From Nitrospirota bacterium (GTDB taxonomy: Bacteria; Nitrospirota; UBA9217): a stretch of 64,000 bases of DNA. Position 1 is the first letter of the stretch. Every line of letters begins with the position of its first letter. The DNA is taken from NCBI GenBank assembly GCA_963751455.1, contig CAVVUN010000012.1, forward strand, positions 64,001-128,000, given 5' to 3'. Of the stretch, positions 28,378-38,039 are shown piece by piece. The position numbers were made by a program, and so were the translations under genes. The notes below the pieces were generated by a model. It saw only the letters and a program-made list of their open reading frames with translations, was not told where the DNA came from and searched no databases.

Positions 28378-29628
28378 TTACTTTATCGCCACGGTCAGTT
28401 TCCGTGTGCCGTATTCGAGCTTCTTGGTCCCGGCCGTGGTGAGCGTGCCTGTCTTCTTGAGCGAGAGAATTTCCTGTTCCGCTGCTTCAGCCAGTTCGTC
28501 CTCGCCCATGTTCAGAAGAACCGTTGCCGCTGATTTCAGTTTCTTCGTGGCAGCAACGATATTCCCCGCCTCTACCTCGGTCAAGGCCCTGGTCTGAAGT
28601 TTGAACGCGCTCACTTTCTCGGCAAGGTTCATCACCTCGGCGTTCACTTTTGCGGTTGCCGCGGCGTCACTCGTAAATGTCACAAAGACTTCGGATTTTA
28701 TGCTCTTCTTTTTGATTCCCTCCGAGGGAACGTCATAGGTCACATCCACCTGTCCGATCCGGAACTTGCCGGATTTTCCGGCAGGGACCCGGGCTTCGAT
28801 AAGGATTGCCTGACCCCGTGTGCCGTCCAAAGAACCCAGCTCCGCCGAAATGTTTGAACCCTCAATTGTTTTGCCGCTTACTTCGGAGATCATCGGGACA
28901 GTGGCATAAACCTTGACAGGCTTGACCCCGGCGCTCATCCGGGCTGTCATCTTGAGGTTGACTGCCGCAACGGTCTGCATCCCTTCCACTTCCTGCCGGA
29001 AGGCATCAAGGATCGCCACGGGATTCTGGATCCAGTGCGAGTTCCCATGGGACCGCTCCGCGATCTGGAGAAGCAGCTTTTCATTCCATTCCTCTCCGAT
29101 GCCGATGCTCGTTACAGCGATCCCCTCCTTAGCAGCTTCATCCGCAAGCTTCAGGCACATGTCTTCGTCGTCCCAGGTCTGTCCATCCGTCAAGAGCAGG
29201 ATGCGGTTCACACGATCCTTCGAATATCCCTTTTTGACCTCCGCCATGCCTGCCTTGAGCCCGTCCGATATCTGCGTGCCGCCCCGGGCAATCACCTTCG
29301 CAAGCCTGTGTTTGATCTCCTCGCGGTTCTTTGCGGGCTGATTTGGCACAAGCGTCTCCACCTGGTCGTCGAAGATCGTGACTGAAACAAAGTCATTGTC
29401 GCTCAAGTGGTCCACGACGTATCCTACAGCCTCCTTCAGGTTGTCCATCTTCTCCCCGTCCATAGACCCGCTGCGATCAAGCACCAGTCCGAAATTCGCC
29501 GGCATGGCCCCGATCGATCCTTTGCTCCCGGCCTTGATATCCACGAGGGCATAAATCAGCTGTTCCGCTTCAATCGACAACAGTGCTTCCTTGCTGGTGA
29601 GACAACGTATGTTCAAATCGTTCTTCAC
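28378..29628 (-). CDS. von Willebrand factor A domain protein (YfbK-like)
   Basis: MIDAS DRSGSM, GGT, LLTDG; GTG start behind AGGAGG. Confidence 0.92.
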   Translation of the reverse strand: MKNDLNIRCLTSKEALLSIEAEQLIYALVDIKAGSKGSIGAMPANFGLVLDRSGSMDGEKMDNLKEAVGYVVDHLSDNDFVSVTIFDDQVETLVPNQPAKNREEIKHRLAKVIARGGTQISDGLKAGMAEVKKGYSKDRVNRILLLTDGQTWDDEDMCLKLADEAAKEGIAVTSIGIGEEWNEKLLLQIAERSHGNSHWIQNPVAILDAFRQEVEGMQTVAAVNLKMTARMSAGVKPVKVYATVPMISEVSGKTIEGSNISAELGSLDGTRGQAILIEARVPAGKSGKFRIGQVDVTYDVPSEGIKKKSIKSEVFVTFTSDAAATAKVNAEVMNLAEKVSAFKLQTRALTEVEAGNIVAATKKLKSAATVLLNMGEDELAEAAEQEILSLKKTGTLTTAGTKKLEYGTRKLTVAIK

Positions 29629-29725
29629 GGAATAATCCTCCTTTTTTGTCAGCATGGCGCAGAGCGCATGGCGCATGGTAGTTTGTCGTTTGTCCTCTGC
29701 CCTATGCCCTATGCGCTATGCGTAT

Positions 29726-30541
29726 TTACACCACCTTCACCACCACCGCCGTAACATTGTCCTTTCCGCCGTTATCATTCGCCAATCGGATAAGTCCTGA
29801 GCAGATCTTCCTGACATCGTCTTCTACGGCAAACAAGAAATGCATGGCCGCGTCGGTTACCTCTCCCCAGAGACCATCGGTACAGAGCAGAAGACTTCCG
29901 CCTTTCTTCAGGGTTACTGGAAATATGTCCACCTTCACGTTTTCTTCGGAACCGATGTTGCGATACAGCACATTGGAATTTGGATGCGTCCGGGCTTCTT
30001 CCCTGGTCAGCTTACCCATGGAAACCAGTTTTTGGACCAGGGAATGATCTTCTGTTATCTGCGTGATCGAGCCGTTCTCTATCCAGTATGTTCTGCTGTC
30101 GCCCACGTTTGCGATATACGCCCTGTCGTGCATAACGAGGGCCGCCGTGAGCGTCGTACCCATGTTTGAACCCTTTTGTATCGCCTCCCGGAGCACTTCT
30201 GTATTAGCCGTCTGCACCGCGTGTTCAAGCAGTTTTTCCGGATCGTATTTCCCGTTCGATCCGATCATAATTTCTCTGGCCACCGTGTCTATTGCCAGTT
30301 TACTGGCAACCTCTCCTGCATCGTGTCCGCCCATGCCGTCGGCAATTATAAACAACGTGCTTTCGCGCAAATCCGTGCAGGATACGTTGTCCTCATTATG
30401 GTCCCTCACTTTGCCGTTATCCGTGAGCCCGCACCATTCAATGGATATTTCCAAGGGACCGGGGTCGCACGTTCTATCAGGTTTCAGACGTATCGTATGT
30501 CGAGGTTGAAGAACGCCTTTAAAGAAACTTTTCGATCCCAT
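29726..30541 (-). CDS. PP2C-type Ser/Thr phosphatase
   Basis: RDHNED, ADGMGGH, MGTT, NVGDSR, DHS, CTDGL, GGKDNVT. Confidence 0.96.
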   Translation of the reverse strand: MGSKSFFKGVLQPRHTIRLKPDRTCDPGPLEISIEWCGLTDNGKVRDHNEDNVSCTDLRESTLFIIADGMGGHDAGEVASKLAIDTVAREIMIGSNGKYDPEKLLEHAVQTANTEVLREAIQKGSNMGTTLTAALVMHDRAYIANVGDSRTYWIENGSITQITEDHSLVQKLVSMGKLTREEARTHPNSNVLYRNIGSEENVKVDIFPVTLKKGGSLLLCTDGLWGEVTDAAMHFLFAVEDDVRKICSGLIRLANDNGGKDNVTAVVVKVV

Positions 30542-30587
30542 TGTGTGCCCCCTGATTCCTAAATTTATCCTTCTGGAACTTGTATTT

Positions 30588-30603
30588 TGCATTCGGCATG
30601 CCA
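30588..30603 (-). promoter_or_regulatory. Putative sigma-54 promoter of the PP2C-vWA-FHA-kinase operon
   Basis: Minus strand TGGCAT-GCCGA-ATGCA with correct GG/GC spacing, ~47 nt before the start codon. Confidence 0.55.
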
Positions 30604-30907
30604 GTCCGAAGTTAACAATATCGTCAAAGATAAAACTGCAGGAATATGATTAGTTTTCCGATGGTTAAAAATGAATCCACCGCGACTGGACTTCACCAGG
30701 AACGTACAGAAGGCAAGCGGCGATATGCGACAATCGAACAGAAGGTATTCGATTTTCGAATAGTGAATTATGGAGAAAAGATGAAAACAAATAGAAAGAA
30801 ATTAACGCAGACGGCGGCAACGGCAGGTATAGGGATGCAAAAAAACCGGATAATGCAGATTTGAGTTCTTTGTTTGGCCGCAAAAATGCGCAAAAGTCAC
30901 AAAACAT

Positions 30908-31037
30908 TGGACGCTGATTAACACAGATATACGCAGATAATTCCGATAATAAGATTGAAGATCCAAATGACTCTCTGGTCGAGGCTTCTTTTTTGCTCGG
31001 CATAATCCGCGTTAATCCGATTTTATCTGCGTCCAAT
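30908..31037. repeat. Palindromic intergenic element (ACGCAGAT/ATCTGCGT family)
   Basis: TTGGACGCTGAT...ATCTGCGTCCAA; related to 15383-15561, 50877-51044 and 58515-58632. Confidence 0.65.
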
Positions 31038-31050
31038 GTTTTTACATGCT

Positions 31051-32076
31051 CTAGACTCTCAAGACCTTGGCCCCCCGGATCTTGCGCTCCTTCAGTTCGA
31101 GCAGCGCCGTATTCGCCTCCTCGAGTCTATATTCCTGGATCTCCGGCTTGATCGGTATCAGGGCCGCAAGCTCAAGAAATGCCTGCACATCCGTTCGCGT
31201 GATGTTCGCAACGCTCTTTATCTCCTTCTCCATCCAGAGGTCACGCGTGTAATCCAAATCAAGCAGGCTGTTTTGATCGAATAACTCTTTCCGTATCGCA
31301 TTGATTACGAGCCTTCCTCTTGGAGCGAGGTTCTTGAGCGCTTCGAGGACAGGCTTCCATGCCGGTGTGGTATCTATCACAGCATGGAGCTTTTCGGGCG
31401 CTTCATCGTTCGTTCCGCCCGTCCAGTCAGCCCCAAGCTCCCTGGCAAAGCGCTGCTCCTGCTCGGTCCGCGAAAACACAAATATCTTCGAGTTCGGGTA
31501 TTTGTACTTTACCATCTTCAGCACGAGATGTCCTGAAGCCCCGAAGCCCGTGAGCCCGAGGTTGTCGCCGTCTTTCAGGTTGGTTAATCGCAGCGAGCGG
31601 TACCCGATTGCGCCCGCGCACAAAAGCGGCGCTGCCTCTGCATCACTGAAAACTTCCGGAATCCGGTAAGCGTAATCCTCGGCAACGGTCGTGTATTCGG
31701 CATACCCTCCATCCACGTCCCTGCCCGTTGCCTTGAACTCTGCGCACAGGTTCTCCATCCCGCTTGTGCAATATTTACAGCTGCCACAGGACGAATGAAT
31801 CCAGGCAATGCCCACCCTGTCACCTGGCTTAAACTTTCCCGCTTTAATTCCCGAGCTTTCAACGCGCCCCACAATCTGGTGCCCAGGAATGATCGGAAAT
31901 TTCGAAGGAGAGGTCCTTCCCTCAATCTCGTCCAGCTCCGTATGGCAAACGCCGCATGCCGAGATTTTGACAAGTATTTCATTTTTGTGTGGGACAGGAA
32001 CAGGCAGGTCTACAAGCTCCAGGGGAGATTTATTCTGACTGAACCTCGCGATATGTTTTAAAATCATTGCTTTCAT
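31051..32076 (-). CDS. Zinc-dependent alcohol dehydrogenase family protein
   Basis: GVCHTE, GHQIVG, CGSCKYC...C, APLLCAG, GFGASG. Confidence 0.93.
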   Translation of the reverse strand: MKAMILKHIARFSQNKSPLELVDLPVPVPHKNEILVKISACGVCHTELDEIEGRTSPSKFPIIPGHQIVGRVESSGIKAGKFKPGDRVGIAWIHSSCGSCKYCTSGMENLCAEFKATGRDVDGGYAEYTTVAEDYAYRIPEVFSDAEAAPLLCAGAIGYRSLRLTNLKDGDNLGLTGFGASGHLVLKMVKYKYPNSKIFVFSRTEQEQRFARELGADWTGGTNDEAPEKLHAVIDTTPAWKPVLEALKNLAPRGRLVINAIRKELFDQNSLLDLDYTRDLWMEKEIKSVANITRTDVQAFLELAALIPIKPEIQEYRLEEANTALLELKERKIRGAKVLRV

Positions 32077-32274
32077 GGAATAGCCTGTCAGTGGCGCCCC
32101 CTCCGGCAGAAGCCGGAGGCTCCCTTTAATAACGCGACCTCCCAGCGGACTACGGCGCATTACTCCCGGCGGGGAGCCGGGGATTGCAAGTCGCGGGATT
32201 CAGGCAGCTGCCTGTCCGGGAGAGCCGTATCACTTATTATTATTGTACCTGATCAAAATGATAATTGGACCTGA

Positions 32275-32810
32275 TCAAAAGTCCAGAGGGCTTTTCGCTT
32301 CCTTCACGGTCCTGCTCGGGATGCAATGCGTGTAAATCATAGTCGTCCTGACATCCGCGTGCCCGTGGAGCGTCTGAATCGTCCGGATATCGTAGTTGGC
32401 CTGCAGCAGGTGCGTTGCATAAAGGCCGGATTTTGCGTTGGTGCGAACTGGACCAGAAAATTTCAAAGTTATTTGGACGGGCTTGAGCGCGCGTTGTATC
32501 AGGGACACTTCTAACTAACGCATGAGAATAAGTTTCTTGACGGATCAACAAAGGACAGTTTTGCCGTTTCTGTTGTGAGGCAAAGAAAAGAGATACGGCA
32601 TCCGCTGCGTGTTCCACCTGCACATCATCGGAGTTTGTCTGCAAACAGCTTGACTTGAGCAGATTTCTCACCGGGGAGCGGATATTTGGCTCGAAAGTCC
32701 AGAAAATATCGCAGCCATTTGCGATATCCGGGGCGCGAAAACAGAGGAACGTTTCGGTGTTTCAGTATGCCATCAAAGCGAGCGAGAATATCTGCTGGTA
32801 TCGTCTGCAT
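32275..32810 (-). pseudogene. intI: Integron integrase (IntI-like tyrosine recombinase) remnant with the central region deleted
   Basis: C-terminal YATHLLQANYDIRTIQTLHGHADVRTTMIYTH; N-terminal YRKWLRYFLDF and HAADAVSLFF; divergent from attI and cassette array. Confidence 0.88.
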
Positions 32811-32839
32811 ATCGGCTGCTCAGTAATTCGTTTTCTATT

Positions 32840-32903
32840 CTGGTAAACACCGAGATTCCGTTCTTTACCAGTTAGCGCCTAAGTAGACAATTACTGGTTG
32901 GAT
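32840..32903 (+). mobile_element. attI site of array B
   Basis: Just upstream of the intI start; core GTTGGAT is the exact complement of the first attC R'' ATCCAAC (33850). Confidence 0.8.
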
Positions 32904-33016
32904 ATGGCTTATCAGACTGCGATTATGAATAGAGAGATCGGGGGGGGTGTAGTAACACAGATTCAAATCAGTTTAGTGGACAAGCGCTTTCCGATTTAAT
33001 AAAACGGGCTACTGTT

Positions 33017-33762
33017 TTGGCATCCATAGCAGCAATCTTTTTTTTGTATGGTTTCGGTAAAACCGCCAAAGTTAATATGTTGGCGTATGTGACTCTCAGT
33101 GATTACTTGCGAGTTGCCGTTGGTTGGATTGTGCCAGCGCTCGGTCTGCCTTTTTTGGCTGGTTATTTCGGCTCAGACCTTACCATGATGATGCGTAGTT
33201 CAAATCAAGGGCATTCCGATGATATAGAGAAACTGCGTAACAAATATGAGCACGGCAGGAAGAATGTGAAATCGTTCTATTGATATTAGTGATTGTTCTA
33301 TTACTTTTTGAGTTATTTTATATGATGCATTCAAATTTCAGCATTAATTTAAATTTAATCTATCAGTTATAATACTTACTCTTCTTGGCGTTGTTATGTG
33401 GTTAATCATTTTAACCTGGCACATTAGACATAATGGATAATGTTATAAAACTCGGCCTTGAAAAAACAAAAATACTCATGTACGTCCCACTCCTTCTAAT
33501 TTTCTCATTTGGCTCCGGATTAGCCCACGGTTCGTTAACAAATAAACCAGATAGTAAAAATTGCCAGTTTGTAGCGATCAATGGGAGCAGCAACAGCATA
33601 CCGCTTCGTGGTGAGCTACTCTTCTCTTTTGATAAATACATAATTCTAAGAGAGTCTGAACATCAAGAATTAACGTTTCTTCCTTCTGACAAAGTAGTTT
33701 CAATAAGGACACCGGTTACACTTCCATCTCTTTCAACGGCACCTGCATTTGCTGCTAAGTAA
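33017..33762 (+). pseudogene. First cassette of array B: fragmented AT-rich membrane protein gene
   Basis: Two co-oriented hydrophobic ORF pieces (33017-33283, 33433-33762) between attI and attC. Confidence 0.55.
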
Positions 33763-33849
33763 AATTATACTCGACATACAATGTGTTTATGGAATAGGTG
33801 CAATTGAATCGAGTATTTGAATCTGAGAGCCGCTAATTAATTTAGCATT

Positions 33850-33904
33850 ATCCAACGATCTCGTCGAGAGAAACGCTCTCGCGTTCCTCACGCGCGCGTT
33901 TGAA
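33850..33904 (+). mobile_element. attC site
   Basis: ATCCAAC...CGT-c-GAG...CTC-ACG...GTTTGAA; right arm CCTCACGCGCGCGTT identical to the attC at 14234. Confidence 0.85.
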
Positions 33905-33922
33905 TTCGGAGAGGAGATGCCA

Positions 33923-34210
33923 ATGGATCGACTTACGACAACTATCAGACGCCCTTGGCTTGCGGGAATCATTGCAGGCACCAAAAAAATCGAATATCGA
34001 GAGATCAAGCTGTACCGGCGAGATCGCTTAGCTCAGGTGAAAGCACCTTTTGAATGACGATTAATCAATGGCATGCAGCGCCGCGCTCCTGAAGTCACTG
34101 TTCTCATCAACAAAGTGAAAAAAGATACACGCAATGGTGTCTATGAATTGCATATACGTAAAGTCATCTCGTTCATGAACTGGGATCGTTCTCGTAGTGT
34201 GCGAAGGTAA
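33923..34210 (+). pseudogene. ASCH-domain-like cassette gene with internal TGA
   Basis: MDRLTTTIRRPWLAGIIAGTKKIEYREIK...PFE*RLINGM; GxKxxExR motif; TGA at 34055. Confidence 0.7.
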
Positions 34211-34263
34211 CGCTGGCTTACAGCCATCAAATCACCTGATACCCATCCGCGTAAAAGCGCCAC

Positions 34264-34292
34264 TTGACATCGATAAACAATTTGTTTATAAT
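34264..34292 (+). promoter_or_regulatory. Consensus sigma-70 promoter with palindromic operator for higBA
   Basis: TTGACA-N17-TATAAT; ATAAACA-att-TGTTTAT overlaps spacer and -10; ATG 7 nt downstream (leaderless). Confidence 0.85.
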
Positions 34293-34298
34293 ATTTCC

Positions 34299-34586
34299 AT
34301 GATTCAGTCATTTGCTTCTTCCGAAACGGAACGCTTCTTTGCCACCGGAAAATCGCGCCGCTTGCCGCGGGATATACTGAAGCGTGCAGCGATGCGCTTG
34401 ACACAGTTGGATGGAGCCGTGCGCCTCGACGATTTGCGAAATCCGCCTTCCAACAGACTGGAAGCGTTGGCTCATGATCGTGTCGGTCAATGGAGCATTC
34501 GCATTAACGACCAGTGGCGCGTATGTTTCCGTTTTGAAAATGGCGATGCGTATGACGTTGAAATCGTTAGATTATCATTAAATTAA
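34299..34586 (+). CDS. higB: HigB-family toxin; +1 indel removes the C-terminal DYH
   Basis: MIQSF, DLRNPPSNRLEAL, WSIRINDQWRVCF; GATTATCATTAA is out of frame. Confidence 0.88.
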   Translation: MIQSFASSETERFFATGKSRRLPRDILKRAAMRLTQLDGAVRLDDLRNPPSNRLEALAHDRVGQWSIRINDQWRVCFRFENGDAYDVEIVRLSLN

Positions 34587-34599
34587 AGGAGATACAGAT

Positions 34600-34896
34600 A
34601 TGGTTAAGAATGGTTTGCCTGCAATTCATCCGGGAGAATTCCTGGCAGAAATCCTGGGAGAGATGGGTATATCTCAGGCTGAGTTCGCGCGCACTATCGG
34701 GGTATCGCCGATGCGGATTTCTCACGTAATCAAGGGTGTTCGTCCGGTAACGGCAGAACTGGCATTGTTGTTCGGTCGCGCGTTTAACCAGACGCCGCAA
34801 TACTGGCTTAATCTTCAGGCGTCTTACGATTTAAAAATCGCGAAGGCAAGTATCGGTAAGCGCCTTGCCGGTATACATGCCCTTGCGCATTCCTAA
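34600..34896 (+). CDS. higA: HigA-family antitoxin
   Basis: IHPGEFL, HTH, TPQYWLNLQ. Confidence 0.93.
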   Translation: MVKNGLPAIHPGEFLAEILGEMGISQAEFARTIGVSPMRISHVIKGVRPVTAELALLFGRAFNQTPQYWLNLQASYDLKIAKASIGKRLAGIHALAHS

Positions 34897-34924
34897 TTTC
34901 CCGTCAACCAATACCCGAGAATAA

Positions 34925-34983
34925 TTCCAACCTGCGCCTCGACAGCTACGCGCCAAAGGCGGCGCGTCAGGCGCGCATTGGCT
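34925..34983 (+). mobile_element. attC site (core GTT changed to ATT)
   Basis: TTCCAAC-ct-GCGCCT-c-GAC...GTC-AGGCGC-gc-ATTGGCT. Confidence 0.8.
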
Positions 34984-35237
34984 CCGGGGAAAATGCTCTA
35001 CGTCGGCCGGAGCCGCTGAGTCAAGTCGTTTACCAAAAGGAGGATGTGAGCATGAGATACAGTGTACTCTGTGTAATAATTTCTGTGATTGTTGGAATTG
35101 GCCTAGCTGGATGCAGCGGTGCATCGAATAATTCAAATAATAACAGCGATTCTGCCTCTTCACCATGTTTGACGGTCTGAGGCAGTGCCTTGCTAAATTA
35201 TACTGCTTCTGAAGCCTTGATTTTTTTTTAAAAAGCC

Positions 35238-35268
35238 TTGACCTGTCTATTACTTCATAGTTTATGAT
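35238..35268 (+). promoter_or_regulatory. MerR-type promoter with 19-bp spacer
   Basis: TTGACC-N19-TATGAT with dyad CTAT-tacttc-ATAG in the spacer, directly upstream of a MerR-family gene. Confidence 0.7.
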
Positions 35269-35290
35269 ACACTCCAGCTCAGGAGGTATC

Positions 35291-35842
35291 ATGTACACCA
35301 TCGGTCAACTGGCAAAGAAAATCGGTCTCTCCCGCAGCACCCTGCTCTACTACGATTCGATAGGCCTCTTTTCTCCCTCTGGAAGGAGTAATTCCAATTA
35401 TCGTACATACACCGAAGAGGACCGCGACCGTCTTGAGCAGATCTGCACCTACCGCCGGGCCAGCCTGTCCCTGAACGATATAGGCCGGATCATAAAAACA
35501 AGAAACAAACGGAGCGTTGTTCCGCTTCTCGAAAAGCGGCTTGATGCACTGAACAGGGAAATCCGCGCTCTGCGCAACCAGCAACATTTCATTGTAAAGC
35601 TTTTGAAGAACGATCTCGCGCTTTCAAAGATCAGGGTCATGGACAGGGAGAGCTGGATCAAGCTGCTGGATAGGGCCGGTCTGGACGAGGCGGCCAGGGA
35701 CAAGTGGCATGCAGAATTCGAGATGCTTGCTCCCGACGCGCATCAGGATTTTCTCGAATCCCTCGGCATTCCAGGCAAGGAAATCACACTTATCAGGAGG
35801 TATTCAAGGCACGGACGAAAGACCGAGTCAGCCGGGCGCTAA
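35291..35842 (+). CDS. MerR-family transcriptional regulator
   Basis: MYTIGQLAK, STLLYYDSIGL, NYRTY; RBS AGGAGG. Confidence 0.93.
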   Translation: MYTIGQLAKKIGLSRSTLLYYDSIGLFSPSGRSNSNYRTYTEEDRDRLEQICTYRRASLSLNDIGRIIKTRNKRSVVPLLEKRLDALNREIRALRNQQHFIVKLLKNDLALSKIRVMDRESWIKLLDRAGLDEAARDKWHAEFEMLAPDAHQDFLESLGIPGKEITLIRRYSRHGRKTESAGR

Positions 35843-35891
35843 TGTGCGGCAAAGACTTTTGAATGACGTTTTTAACAGAAGGAGGATGAAG

Positions 35892-36650
35892 GTGAAAGAC
35901 AGGATCATGCTGGGATTATGGAAGTACATGCTGAATGTCCCTTCTTTTATGATGGACATGAAGAAGCAGATTGCCCGTGAAAAAATGAGATATGAAGCAG
36001 CTGTGGGTTTTATGACCGAGGACCACCGTCGTGTGCATCATTTCGTTGTCAGGGAACTTCCCGATGCCGGCAAACCCTTGTCCCCTGAATTAATAGCGGA
36101 CAAACTGGGCCTGCCCTATAATCGGGTCGCGTTCGTTCTTAATGATCTCGAAAAGCATATGACCTTTCTGTTCAGGAATAAGAATGGAGCAGTAACGTGG
36201 GCATACCCGGTAACGGTCGACAAAACGCCCCATCACCTCACATTCAGTTCCGGCCAACAGGTGCACGCGGCCTGAGCAGTGGACGCATTTGCCACGCCCT
36301 TCGTGCAAGGGCGATTACGGAACGAGCATATTACAGTCACGGTCCGCACTGAGTGCGCCCACTGTAAAACGCCGATGGAGCTGACTATCGACAGTGATCT
36401 CAATTGCACTATCAAGGAAAATGGGTGCGAGCCGATGGTCTTTATGCCGAATGTGGACCTCTTGAACCTTCAAGACGAGAGCATCATCAACGCATTCTGA
36501 AAAGAGACGGTCTTCTTCCGGTCGGAAGAACACGCACGAGAGCACCGAAAAAGGACACACCGGATACGAGGGGTTTATTTGACTGCGGAACAGATGAAGG
36601 AGGGCACGAAGATAATCCAGAGCGTGCTTTTTGGATTTCCTGATACATGA
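35892..36650 (+). CDS. MerB-like organomercurial lyase homolog with two in-frame TGA codons (probable selenocysteines)
   Basis: One frame through TGA 36273 (HAA-U-AVD, cf. MerB WCALD) and TGA 36498 (AF-U-KETVFFRSEE, cf. MerB FCxxVxFFxS); hairpins follow both. Confidence 0.8.
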
Positions 36651-36786
36651 TGTTTATCAACTTGAAAAAAGCAATGTGGATAGTCACCTGAACTTGAGGC
36701 CGGTGAAAATAGAATTCAATACAGTTGCCGATCCGGAATATGCAGTGTTTTCAGAATGGCTAAGGCCGTTTAAGTGGACCCCTCTG

Positions 36787-37710
36787 TCAAGACAATAAAG
36801 GGGTGAGATTAAGATGGTAACCAACCAAGCCGCAGCTGCATGGCGCTGCCCCGGTTTCTACCTCTCCCTGAGGTTCTTTTCGCTCTTTGAATTTATCCAC
36901 AATCCTTGCTCCACCGCCGTTCGCTGTTTGATAGATCACATCCGGTGTGCTGTAGTCCAATGATTGATGTGTTCTTTCCGTGTTGTAGAACATAAAGTAT
37001 TTCGTCAGCCCCAGTTGCGCTTCAGGTACTGTGGCGTACCCTTTTAAATATACGTCTTCGTGCTTTACGCTCCGCCATAGCCGTTCCACGAAGATATTGT
37101 CCAATGCACGGCCGCGGCCGTCCATGCTGATGTTAATGCAGTGCGCCTTGAGCACGCCGGTGAAGGCCTCAGAGGTGAACTGGCAGCCCTGATCGGTGTT
37201 GAAGATCTCGGGGATGCCGTATGTCTGTAATGCCTGTTCCAGGCAGTCCACGCAGAAGCTGCTATCGAGCGTGTTTGATAATCGCCATGCCAGCACTTTG
37301 CGTGAGTACCAGTCGATCACGGCCACCAGGTACACAAATCCCCGCGCCAGGCGGATGTAGGTGATGTCAGTGCTCCATACCTGATTGGGTCGTGTCACCG
37401 ATACGCCTCTGAGCAGATATGGATAAACCATGTGCTGCGGGCTGGGGCGGCTGGTGTTCGGTCCCGGTGCCATGCCTGCCAGCCCCAGAATGCCCATTAG
37501 CCGCTGTATCCGTTTTCGGTTGACCTGATGCCCTATGCCGCACAAGTACACGGTTATTTTGCGGCTGCCGTAGAACGGATGCCGGGTGTATTCAGCGTCG
37601 ATCTCACTCAGCAGGGTCAATTCCAGCTCGTCCGGGTCGGCAGTCAGATGCGGCGCATAGAAAGTGGACCGGTTGACACCTGCCAGTTCGCATTGTTTGG
37701 TTAGCGCCAA
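36787..37710 (-). CDS. IS3-family transposase OrfB (DDE)
   Basis: WSTDITY, FNTDQG, DNIFVERLWRSVK. Confidence 0.95.
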   Translation of the reverse strand: MALTKQCELAGVNRSTFYAPHLTADPDELELTLLSEIDAEYTRHPFYGSRKITVYLCGIGHQVNRKRIQRLMGILGLAGMAPGPNTSRPSPQHMVYPYLLRGVSVTRPNQVWSTDITYIRLARGFVYLVAVIDWYSRKVLAWRLSNTLDSSFCVDCLEQALQTYGIPEIFNTDQGCQFTSEAFTGVLKAHCINISMDGRGRALDNIFVERLWRSVKHEDVYLKGYATVPEAQLGLTKYFMFYNTERTHQSLDYSTPDVIYQTANGGGARIVDKFKERKEPQGEVETGAAPCSCGLVGYHLNLTPLLS

Positions 37711-37745
37711 AGGGTTTTTGGTATCTACCCAGTGCCGCCGGTCCG

Positions 37746-38039
37746 CTATAGGCTGATCCCGGACTTTTTTTTAAGCCAGTCCAGTTCCATCTTCAGCCGT
37801 CCGATCTCGGAGTAGAGCCGCTCCGAACTGGCAGCAGGATCTACCGGCGCGGGACCGCGCGTAGTGTCAAATATGCCCGCAGCCTGATCTTGCAAAACCT
37901 TTTTCCACTGCCCCACTTGCGTTGGATGTACGCCGAACGCCTGGGCAATTTCGGTTACTGTCTTGACACCTCGGATCGCCTCAAGCGCGACCTTGGCTTT
38001 GAACTGACTGCTGAAATTTTTGCGCTTTTTTTCGCTCAA
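37746..38039 (-). CDS. IS3-family transposase OrfA
   Basis: FKAKVALEA, HTH, LKKKS with a poly-A+G -1 frameshift motif. Confidence 0.93.
   Translation of the reverse strand: MSEKKRKNFSSQFKAKVALEAIRGVKTVTEIAQAFGVHPTQVGQWKKVLQDQAAGIFDTTRGPAPVDPAASSERLYSEIGRLKMELDWLKKKSGISL

Noticed and set aside
34055-34057. In-frame TGA in the ASCH-like gene as selenocysteine
   Set aside because: Not in a Cys-type motif and no convincing downstream hairpin; likely a nonsense mutation.
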